DNA of 57,284 nt, the filler included, from Basidioascus undulatus (taxonomy: Eukaryota): NCBI GenBank assembly GCA_000826855.1. It is 4 parts of 4 records of this genome, joined end to end, with 100 filler letters (N's around TTAATTAATTAA, not from the genome) between each part and the next. Parts side by side here need not be neighbours in the genome. Positions count along the whole stretch, not along the records: positions 14,362 to 28,605 come from JTLS01000746.1; positions 28,706 to 42,948 come from JTLS01000747.1; 2 more parts are not named here. One strand, 5' to 3'. The notes beneath the pieces were generated by a model. That model was not told the DNA's origin. It saw only the letters and a program-made list of their open reading frames with translations, and did no database searches. Both the position numbers and the translations under genes were made by a program. Positions 23,713 to 33,863 of the stretch are shown here, piece by piece (the stretch's first letter is position 1; the number at the start of each line of letters is the position of its first letter).

Positions 23713-24240
23713 ACTCTTTTTGCGTTTCCCGCCGGTATGGCCTCTCCGAAGCCCGACAAGTGCGTGCCCCTGGAGGCCCGTCTTCTTTTCGACCTCCGGA
23801 CCGTTTTCCACGGGAACTCGGCATAAAGGTACAGCGTCATCTTGACGAGGATGGATGCAGCAAGTGACACAGTGCGTTCTCAAAGACCCCGAACACCGGC
23901 GGCCTTGAAATACAGCAAACAGGTAGGGCTGAGGTGAAGCGCGCCCAGATTTACATCAAATTTACGTGCTTTTTTTCGCATTCGGTGAACGCATTTTTCG
24001 TGCGAGAGTTGGACAGCATTGTCCGTGCACTGCAGCAACGCCGGGTCCCATGAAGGACCACAATGCACGCAAACCTCTGAAGTTCCACTGCTCTGCTATA
24101 TATCACGCTTCGACATCCCACAGGGTTCCATCCCGAATGCCTTAGTAACACCAAGGACCCTCTCGACCTGCCCTTGCCGCGTCGCCCCACGAGAACATGA
24201 CAGCTTTGAGCTCCCGACCGGCGACACAGACTCCAACCCT

Positions 24241-24974
24241 CTAAGCACCGTGGCCCTCTCCTTGACGGGATACTGGCGAGTGCTGCTCAGGCCGATAATA
24301 ATCTTGCGCAACGACTTTTGAGTCGCGGAAGTGTCGCTGGAGGCCCGGCAGCCTGCGCCTGGGCAGCGAACGCATGTTCTCATGAACTAGAGCGATGTGA
24401 GAAAGGCGAGGAGCATCGATCAGGCTCTTGACTGTCCAAAATTCCTCTACGCGAAACGAAGCGCAAGTGAACCGCTCGATCAGGGGCGGAAGCGTGAGCG
24501 ATGCGCTCGAGTATACGTCAGTATACGTCCCACGTGGCGAGTTCACACAAAAGGGGGCGAAGCGCAGGAGACTGGTGAGCGTCAAGTCGCCCAAGTAGTT
24601 TTGGTTGGACCAGATGAACCCCATGTCCAGGTGCTCCAGTTTCGGTGTGCGAGTCAAGATGAAATGGTGCCCGGAGGGAGGACGCGCTAGGAGATGCCGC
24701 GGGGCAGGCCGAGCGCGCACATACGCGAGGAGATCCAGGCGCGCAGTGGCCGTTGCTGAGAGCGCATGCAGTTGCGCTTCGATGGATAGCGACATGCGGA
24801 ATAGAGGAGAGGGGAGGCCAAGAAATGAAATTTATGCGAGACGAGCGCGAGAGCGGCAAACGTCGATGAATCCTGGACGTACGGGGACGCTGAGAAGGCG
24901 TCGGGCGCGCCAGCGGCTGCTGCGCCAGTGATCGAATCGATGATGTCCAGGTTGAGGGGCGGCGGCGGCAGCAT
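24241..24974 (-). CDS. Hypothetical F-box/LRR-like protein, possibly degenerate
   Basis: F-box-like MLPPPPLNLDIIDSI...FAALALVSHKFHFLASPLLY, then in another frame LDLLAYVRA...ILTRTPKLEHLDM...APRLSHIAL (LRR-like). Confidence 0.45.
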
Positions 24975-26351
24975 AGGAGGCTTTGCTGAGCAGGTCGACA
25001 AAACGACAAGAAGAAGCAGCGCGTGGCACATCTGAGTCGACCTGCGGGGCCCGGGAGCTGTCAGCCGAGGTAAAAGACTGCATTTCGCGAAGACAATGAT
25101 GTGCCATAGAGAGTGAAGGTATTCAACTATCTAGGAAGACGCTTGCATCCACCAGGTGAAAAGGAGCTGGGTTTTGGACATCAAGTTGACTATTGTCAGT
25201 CGCGATTGCTGCGTGCAGCCGGCGCAACACAACACAAGCGACATAGCGAGTGCCAGCGCTGAACTGATGTGCCAAGCCTGGAGTGATTCGATCTTTGGGT
25301 GAGTCAGAAAGAAGGGTACTGTCAGGACTATTGCACCATGTTCACGGTGTCTTGCCTTGCCTGGCCGCCATTTGGAACTCCTTGGCTCCGATGCGGCCCA
25401 GCGGGTTGACATTGGAGTACCTCAACGGTGAAGACGACGTGTTTGTACGAATGGAAGAGAGAACCTGTGTTCTAGTTACGGAGATACGGGATGACACAGC
25501 TGCAGGAGTTGGTCTATCCGCTCGGCAGTGAGTGCGAAATGCGTCGCCAGATTTGATTGAACAATGTACAGAGCGCCAGGAAGCTTGAAAGCATCTGACC
25601 AATTCCTGATTGTGCTAGCCTCTTAAACTGGCCATAGCGAGAAAATGGCTGTGTTGCCAATGGCATAACAACCATTCAAAGCAGCCATGCATTGGGCTAC
25701 TTCAGAAAGCAGCTTTGCCACCCCTAAGAAGCGAATTGAGTTCAATGGTAACGCACTTCATACACAGAAAGACACGGTACACGCATTATATTGTGATAGG
25801 CTTTTCGTGTGACAGCCACAAGCAATGCATGCACAAAGAAAATTCTACAGCGCCTCAGAACTTCGAACAGATGTCCCAGCCCGACAAAGACCGCCGCTTG
25901 AGTGGCCAATCCTCCCCTACTCCCCTCAAAAGTATGGGCTCGAGACTCTGAACATCTCCGCAACTGTCCCGTATTACGCGAAAACCGAATTCAAATCTGA
26001 AGTCAGTCGTGAGCAACTCAAGTTGCGGACACGCCTCCGCAAACCTGGTAGCGGTATCGAGATCGCAGACCCTGGAAAAACGCGCAAGCGGACCTTTGAA
26101 AGCCTCCAATTCCTTCGGAAGGGCCCAGCAAGCGACGCACGAAGAAGGGTTTCAACCATATCAACTTTGCAAGGTAAGATAGAAGGATAGAAAGCGATGA
26201 AGTCCTTACCTCGAACTGCTACGAAGACAGACGGTAGACCGATACCACAAGCGAGCGCAGCTTTGTGAGGACCCCAGAGGCGCAACCGAGAAAACTGAGG
26301 CCATCGGGGCCACAAAGGGGGATCCACGGGAGGATAACATGCGTGAGGGCA

Positions 26352-26920
26352 CCACCCCCACGCGCCCTTGTTCCCTGTCGCGCGCCGGCCGTCGAGCACC
26401 CCCGTGCGCGCTACCAACCCCGAGCCGGTGCAGATGGTGAGGAGGTACTGGAGGGAGGGGTAAGTCGCTGCGATGTACGCGAGCGTGGAGTTGACGGAGA
26501 GGGAGAAGACGCCCACGCCCCCGTGGACGATGAGGACGTCGAGGTTCGACGGCGGGGAGGCGAACGCGTGCGTCGGGAGCATGGACTCGCCGAAGGAGGA
26601 GCCTGCGCCGGGCGCGGTGGGTTTTGTGGAGACGGGCGACAGGGAGTCAGCGATGATGGAGAGGGTTAGGTTGTAAGAGAAGGAGAGTTGGTTCAGCACG
26701 TCGAGGGGGCCGAAGGCGTCCAGCGCTTGGACGGGGAAGATGACAATGCCGAAGTGCTTAGGGCTGAGCGGGGTCTGGCCCATTGGGGTGTTAGTGCCGG
26801 GCACTAGGGTTGGGACGAGATGAAGAAAGAGCGACCGGTGGCGCACGCGGACGGCGCGGCAGAGGCGGTGGTAGCAGCGGCCGCCAGGATCGCAACGAGA
26901 GGGACGAACGAGAGCTGCAT
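26352..26920 (-). pseudogene. Secreted DJ-1/PfpI (class I glutamine amidotransferase-like) family gene, truncated
   Basis: The signal peptide MQLSFVPLVAILAAAATTASA is followed by HFGIVIFP-VQALDAFGPLDVLN...LDVLIVHGGVG...LLTICTGSGLVARTGVLDGRRATGNKGAWGW. Homology then stops, with no RWVVDGN/TSSGVSAGID part. The first predicted intron leaves the exons out of phase. Confidence 0.8.
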
Positions 26921-27042
26921 CGATGTAAGGATCGCAGAGGAGAACAAAGTCAGCGTACTGCGAGATGACGGGCGTGATGTTGATCGTACACTGCGTGACG
27001 AAGAAGACGTGAAGCGGGAGAAGACGAGTAACTCACAACTGG

Positions 27043-27088
27043 GCGGGCACGGTGCGACGTATACAGCGGGCACGGTGCGACGTATACA
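27043..27088 (+). repeat. Perfect 23-bp tandem duplication upstream of the DJ-1/PfpI gene
   Basis: GCGGGCACGGTGCGACGTATACA x2. Confidence 0.92.
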
Positions 27089-28425
27089 CGAAAACGAAGA
27101 CGAGTAGCCAGCAACTGGCAAATTTATACCAGCGCAATCAACGCTCACCTGTCAGACCCGCCCGCCCGCGTGGTGCGTGGTGCGTGGTACAAAGCGTGCC
27201 TTAATATCCAATCTGCTTTGCATTGCGGACCCCATAGTGGAAAATGTGCCTTAATCCGCTTTGCAGTACGTACATCCCTCCCTTCCTATGCCCTTGCCCG
27301 CCCGAGCCGCCCACTTGGAACACCACCTGCCCCTGGGTCCATCAGCTACCTCCCCAGGACAGCACCGACCGCCTGTACGCTCGCAACCGAACGGCACCGT
27401 CCGGTTTCGCGAGGCCGAGGTAGCTCCCGCCGGGGAGGGACGAAGGCGTGACGGGCGGAATGTGAAACGTCGACCCGCGTGTACATGGTGCATGACAAAC
27501 GAAAGAGGGGGGGGCGGAGGCTTGTAGAGTAACAGGAAGGCAGACGAAGTTAGAGGAAGACGACCCTGTGGCCCAGGGCGTGCCGACCGATAGAAGATGG
27601 ATAAGGTCACCCAATTGAGCATGCCTAGGCGCGGGAGCTGATCGAGTGACGGTTTCGGAACGAGCGTGTTCGAAGATGGCGGCCGAGAGTGGGCGCGGTG
27701 AGGAGGGAAGGCATGGGTCAGCGGGGGCGGGAGAGGCGTGGGAGGGGAAGAAAGACAGCAGCTCCAGCATGATCGACGGTCCAAGATGGGCAGCGGAGGC
27801 AGGCAGTGAAATTGGTGAGCGGTCGAGTCGTATTCAATCGCATTAGTGATGTCGAGACCATACGGTTGATCGAGATATGTCCGCTGGGCGAGAGCAGCGA
27901 GGGATGCACGACAAGCATGGGAAGGGAAGGAGACCATGATGAGCGGGCAAGAAGACGTATGGGTGCGCACAGCAAGCGACTGCAGTGGAGGTACGAGAAT
28001 CCAAGTCGCTGAGAGGGCCTGCATGTAGAAGGACGAAATTCGAAAGCAGGGGCACAATGAGGGCGGATAGAGGGAGAAGGGGATGGCGGATGAGGGCCAG
28101 GTGATGAATGGGGGAACGATGCGTAGGGAGGGGCAAGCGGCCTCACTGCCATGAGCTATTTTCGTGGTGCCACTCCCCGGTTCGCTATGTATCGCCCACG
28201 CACGATTTCTGCTCTTGTCATCCTCGAGTTCGACGAGACTATCCTTTGTACGATTCTACTTTACGTATGATAGTTGACGGTAGTGAACGTGCAGTTCAGC
28301 TGAGCAATGTGCGTGCTTTCAGCGCGTTTGATTTCGGCGCGCTGGACTTCGTAAAGCCGAAACGTAAGGCAACGCGACTGTGCACTTTCAACAGCCGCTC
28401 TCATCCCGCATCCATTATCATCGCC

Positions 28426-28605
28426 ATGTCCTCGCCGATCCCCACCGAATGCACATTCCAGTCCGCCGTCGACTGGGTCTCCTCCACTCCCGCCCTCTCC
28501 TCCGCGCCCACCCAAACAAAGCTCGATGTCCGTCCCCCGTCCCTCCTCCCCATCCCCCCCTCCCCCTCCCCCCTCCCCCACCTACACATTCCCCCCTCAC
28601 CCCCC
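28426..28605 (+). CDS. Acyl-CoA-binding (ACB) domain protein, first exon only (truncated by gap)
   Basis: MSSPIPTECTFQSAVDWVSSTPALSSAPTQTKLD resembles ACBP helix 1 to the start of helix 2 (F..AV..V......KL.LY). A gt donor and then the gap follow. Confidence 0.6.
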
Positions 28606-28705
28606 NNNNNNNNNNNNNNNNNNNNNNNNNNNNNNNNNNNNNNNNNNNNTTAATTAATTAANNNNNNNNNNNNNNNNNNNNNNNNNNNNNNNNNNNNNNN
28701 NNNNN
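28606..28705. other. Artificial assembly spacer N44-TTAATTAATTAA-N44
   Basis: Linker at 28650-28661. Confidence 0.98.
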
Positions 28706-30883
28706 TGAAGTATGACCCCGTTGGTGCGTAAATCCCCCACCTCCTCTGCTCCTTCTTCTCCCGCTACTCTCCTTCCTTGCCTTCCTCTCCTCCCCTTCCC
28801 CTTACATTTACCCATCTCGACTCTGAAAGAATACTGACGGGTATACGGGCAGCATCACCCCTTACATGTCCTCCCACTCCCTCAGCGCCGACGCCGTCGT
28901 GTCGGACCTCCGAGCCGCGGTGCAGAAGGAGACGGGCCTGACGGTCAGCTGTGGGGTCGCGGCGAATTGTCGGTTGGCAAAGGTCCGTTTTCCCCTTCCT
29001 CCTCCTCCGCTTACCACCTCCTGCTCTTCCTTCTCCCCTTTCCCTCTTCTCGGCCTCGCTTAGACTCTCGGTTGCTGCTGGGGGGAGGGAGGAGCGGGAA
29101 GGGAAAGAATGCTGAGATGGGCGTGGGGTGGAACAGATCTGCTCGGACATCAACAAGCCCAACGGGCAGTTCCGCCTCGCCCATGACCGGAAGGAGATTG
29201 TCGAGTTTATGCGGGAGCTGCCGATTCGGAAGGTCTGTTTGCGCCTCTCCCTTTCCTCACTTTCTCGCATTCCTCCCTCTTCATCCCTCCCCACCCTTCC
29301 TTCTGCCCTACCTTCTTCTACCCCTTCCCTTCACTCGAAATGCCGATTCTGACGCTGCGCGAACGCAGGTCCCCGGCGTCGGCCGCGTCACAGAGCGCAT
29401 CCTCCAGGCGCTCGGCGTCAAGACGTGCGGCGACATCCGCACGCACCGCGCGCTCCTGTACCTCTTCGACAAGGAGGTCGGGCTAACGTGGCTCCTCAAG
29501 GCGAACCTCGGGATCTTTAGCAATGTGGTGGAGCCGGGAAAAAAGTGGTTCCCCCTCAACCTTCTACGCGCAACGTTCAAACTCTTCGCTCTGCAAACTT
29601 AATTGCTGATGACGGGATTGGGTGTGGATCGACAGGGAGGACCGCAAGTCCGTCGGCGTAGAGAGCACGTTTGTGCACCTGAGCGCGAAGAAGGACCTGC
29701 TCCGCAAGCTCGAGGAGCTGTGCGTCGACCTCGAGAAGGACATGGCCGCCGCGGAGATGAAGGGCCGCACGGTCACGCTCAAGTACAAGGTGCGCACACC
29801 CTCCTCCGCATCCTGCATCCCCTGTTCGGTTCAGGCTTGATACTGAATGGGTGAGCGGGTGATAGCTGGATAACTTCAAGAGTGAGTAGCGGCGCAGGCG
29901 TCCGGAAGAGGGAGGGGAAGGGGAGGAGGGACTGATGCGTGCGGGAGGGGCGGTAGCATATACCAGGGCTAAGACGATCGATAGCTATGTTGACTCGAAG
30001 GACAAGATCTTCCCTGTGCGTCCTCCCTCTCCGCCGCACACGTCTCCTTGCTCTTCGGCCATCTGACTTGTTTGGCATGCCTGCAGGTCGCGAAGCAGCT
30101 CTTACTCAACGAGTTGCCGCTCAAGCTCCGTCTCAGTGCGTTGCGCTCAGGTGTGGGGTATAGGGAGGGAGACTGATTGGGCGTGAATGAATGGGCAGTG
30201 GGCGTCCGCATGTCCAACTTGCAGTTCCAGGGCGGGAATCAGGACGAAAAGGGGATCAAGAAGGCATGTCTGCCCACCATCCCTCCCTTCCTATGGCTCT
30301 CGCATCCGACTAACACACACACTTCCCTTGCCCGATTTCTCAGTTCTACTCCGCCATCACCTCCACCGCCCCCTCCGCATCCATCTCCGCATCCACATCC
30401 ACGTCAACCCCCTCCTCCTCCAAGAAGCGCAAGCTCTCCCCCGCCGAGCCCGTCACGCTCAGCGACTCTGACTCCGATTCCGACTCCGACTCCGGCACTC
30501 CCACCCCCCGCAGTCCAAAGAAGCGCGTCTCTGCCTCGCTGCCCCCGGACCAGGAGCCCGAGCCCGCGCTGTGCTGCCCCGTCTGCTCCCGCGAGATGAA
30601 GGTGTCGAACGACGCGTTTAACGCGCAGTACGTCTTTCTCCATTCCCTTACTCCCTTGTTTCAGTGAGAGACTGTGATTGAGCAGATGCGTGGCGGTGCG
30701 ATGACCAGCCTCGACGCGTGCCTGAACGGCTCGCTCGTCCGCGAGCTCGCGTCGGACCAGCCACCGCCGCGGCCGCCGAAGGCGAAGGTCAAGGGCAAGG
30801 CCGCGTCGTCGTCGTCCGCTTCCGGCAGGCCGAAGGACCCCTTCGCGGCGTTCACGAAGAAGCCGAAGTCGTATGACGCGTGA
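28706..30883 (+). CDS. POLK: DNA polymerase kappa (Y-family, DinB-like), 5'-truncated
   Basis: ETGLTVSCGVAANCRLAKICSDINKPNGQF...LPIRKVPGVGRVTERILQALGVKTCGDI...RKSVGVESTF...GRTVTLKYK...YTRAKT...LKLRLMGVRMSNL. The C-terminal UBZ finger is CPVC...FNAHLDACL. Confidence 0.94.
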
Positions 30884-31526
30884 CGCCGCCAGCCGCTGCT
30901 GTTCGTTTCGACACCCATACTCACTGTTTCTGCTTTGACAAACCGCATTTTTGTTCGTGCGCACTGATCTATATCGCTCGCATGTTGTTCGTTTGTACTA
31001 GTTATTACTTTTGATGCGTTCTGCGCTTTCTTGGACTTGGGAGGGGGTGATGGAGCTACTAGATATTCAAGGAAGCAATCTGTATATTATTTGGACGGCA
31101 ATGAACAGGAGCACTCGCACTGTCCATACGCCCTGTCCATTGTAGCACTATACCGAAAGTCCAAAAACATTTCTCAGAAAATTGCATAGGGAAGTCGTCT
31201 TGGGTTCACGATAACTGACAAGCCGCCAACGATCGTTGTTTGTTGCTCCGTTTCGAGCGGCATGCGGTATTCACTGCCACTTCTGCTGAAGAGACTTGAA
31301 GAGACCAACTTCTTCAGTGGACTTTCGAGTTGCCATGTTTGGATTTAAAAGCCTAGTTAAGATATGGAGAGCGAGTCATGGAGACAAACATACTGCTCTA
31401 GTGGCCAAAAAGCCGCTGTGGGTACGCCGTCTGTCACAGCACGGCCTTCCGGAACGCAGTGCATCAGGTGCATGGCGGTCCCGCAAAAGGCGCATATAGC
31501 CCAATGGCCTCCGGAACGATCAATCC

Positions 31527-31566
31527 GCACCGCATGGTGCACCGCATGGTGTGCCGCATGCACCAT
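31527..31566 (+). repeat. 12-bp tandem repeat (gcaccgcatggt x~3), partly self-complementary
   Basis: gcaccgcatggt gcaccgcatggt gtgccgcatgca ccat. Confidence 0.75.
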
Positions 31567-31851
31567 CAATTGCCTCAGGGTACGAGGGTGTTGGGGATTG
31601 CCGCTTGCCGCCGGAAGCCCACACTGAAAGGAAGGCAGACAGACCAAGTCACTAGCTCCTTCCTCACCACCATCCTCTTGTTCAGCCAAACTGAGCAGGA
31701 ACCTCGGCTCAGCACTTGCCACAATCTGTACATCTTCTGACCTGTAAGAAGACCATCAGGATGGTGGCGAGAGCCCTGGGTACGCCTTCGTCGAGTTCCC
31801 TACCGCTGTTGTGTTCAACTGTGGAGCATCACCAACAATCACATCTTCAGC

Positions 31852-33246
31852 ATGCGCGGCTCTGGTCCTCCCCATCCTGAGCTCGGCTACGATTCTTCCG
31901 CGGGACGACCTGGGCGACATAACACAATACGGCCAGGACATCCTGTCCCAGCTACCACTATACACGAGCGAATGCGATCGCAATTGCACGGGCCTGAACG
32001 AAGCGGTGGGTCTCTATTCAGATGCTGTTCTGATTGTTGCATGAGGCACCACGATATTGAGCTACTGAGGCGGCATTTGCGACAGGTCAACGTCGTCTGC
32101 GCCGAAGCGGGCATTGGTTGTTGGTGCAACGTGGAGGAGGAAGGTGAGCGTTGCAACAACGCCTCCTGGTCGAACAGTATGACTCACCGTCATTCAAACG
32201 AGGGAACATGCACGAATGCGCTAAGTAGGATTTAAAACTTCCTTCTATCAACCTTGGTGGGCTGGAGTTTGATCAAGGACATATCGGTAGGTGCCTACTC
32301 ATCGCTTCCAACGACCACAACAAGGCATCTTTCAGGATCACGCAGGCAGGGCACAAGAGTGAGCCCGCTTCTCAACATCCTAATCATCTGAAGTACTCAG
32401 ATCATCGAGTTCGCCTTGCAGGCTACCATGCGGTGTGCACCCGAGGTAGAGTACACTGCTGTCATCGTGTTCCACATCTACAAGCTGACGATGGGCACGG
32501 CGGGAGTCTGAAGTCAACGGCGACGAGTACCACCGGACACGCCCTGCCCCGGACACTCCGGCCACTTACGGAGCTGATAACAACAAGACATCACAAACGA
32601 AGGTGATCGTCGGGGCGGTACGTGAAGTTTCCCGATAACGCGGAAGACGTTTTTGAATTTCCGAATCTGACACTGTTCTCCGCTCGTTCGCTAGACAGTG
32701 GGCGGCGTTGTCGGTCTGGCGGTGATCGTAGGGTTTCTGGCGATACATTTTCAAAAGGCTCTACACGGACTTACACCCCGTACTTTGCTCGCACAGGCCT
32801 TAGCTGCCTTTTTCATCCACCGGCGTACCAGAAAGCGCAAGCCCCAAGCCGTGCAGCGGGTCGAATTCGCGGACCCATCTATCGCAGACTACGTGGACAG
32901 TGCTTCACCCTCTAATCCCGTGCCCTACCTCGAGCCTTCGGCAGCCTCCTACGGCTACCCGGCCTACAGCACTCCGCCGCCGTCGGACCAAAAAAGCGGC
33001 GAAGGTTGGCCATACACCCCTCCTCCCCCAGAGAGCCCACCCATGTCGAGCTACGCACACCACTCGCACACGCTGTCCTGGTCTCAGTCGCCCTACCTGC
33101 ACTCGCCGTATCAGGGCAGCCTGGACCGAACAAGCGGAGTGGCTAGTCCGGGCGAGAGCATGATGAAGGGAAGCTTCCCGATTGGACTCAACACGGACGG
33201 GCGATTTTCGGGTGTGGCGGAACCGGAGATGGCCCAGCGGCGGTAG
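31852..33246 (+). CDS. Putative single-pass membrane protein (signal-like N-terminus, Cys-containing ectodomain, TM helix, Pro/Ser/Tyr-rich tail)
   Basis: Contains AALVLPILSSATILPR..., ECDRNC..., the TM segment VIVGAVVGGVVGLAVIVG.LAAFFIH followed by basic RRTRKRK, and a low-complexity cytoplasmic tail. The start and middle exons are uncertain. Confidence 0.55.
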
Positions 33247-33863
33247 AGTTGCAGCACAGCAGAGTGTCGCTTCCCCATTTGTGACAATACGCTCTGGCTC
33301 CTTCTCGAGGTACTGCCAATCTTCCTGCGGCGTGCTTGTATCGGGAGGTTGGCGTCTCTGGTCTGCTCTCGTCCGCTGTCACTAAAAGCCTCGTCTTTCG
33401 GACCATAAAAAGTCAAGTTTCACTCAACTGCTCAGCTCTGTACGTTCCTCTGTGCGATAGTATATGCGACTATTTCGGGGGCTCAGCCGGTCCCGCCAGA
33501 TAATGATGCTAATCAATTCATGCCCGTCGGCGTGTCATGAGTATCGCCTTGATGAAGCGACTACAGCTTCTCTGAGCTGCTCCTAATAATCTTTGGAAAA
33601 ATCTCAGACAAATATATCCTTAGAAAATTAAATCGGAGCAGCGCAGCGCTTGCTTCGACGATATCTGCGATGCTTGCCAGATTGAGCCGCAGGCGGGCCG
33701 TTTCTCCTTCTCCTCTAGTGATCTGCACGTCGCACCTCCTGACCACATATACCGCTGACTATAAATGCGACGATTCGGAGTCTCTAGGCGCTGCTATCCT
33801 CATAATGCTCTCACCTTTATTAGGTCACCTTTTTGCACTTAGCCAAACTTAGCGCTAGCCGCC

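Noticed and set aside
23800..23980. Possible Pol III ncRNA ending at the T-run near 23970
   Set aside because: I could match no snRNA, SRP, RNase P or 5S motif. An Rfam/Infernal hit would be needed.
16740..26920. Secondary-metabolite or detoxification cluster (ABCC plus DJ-1/PfpI)
   Set aside because: No backbone or tailoring enzymes are present and the DJ-1 gene is broken.
27043..31566. Short repeats as a CRISPR-like array
   Set aside because: The context is eukaryotic, the repeats are tandem with 2-3 copies, and there are no spacers or cas genes.
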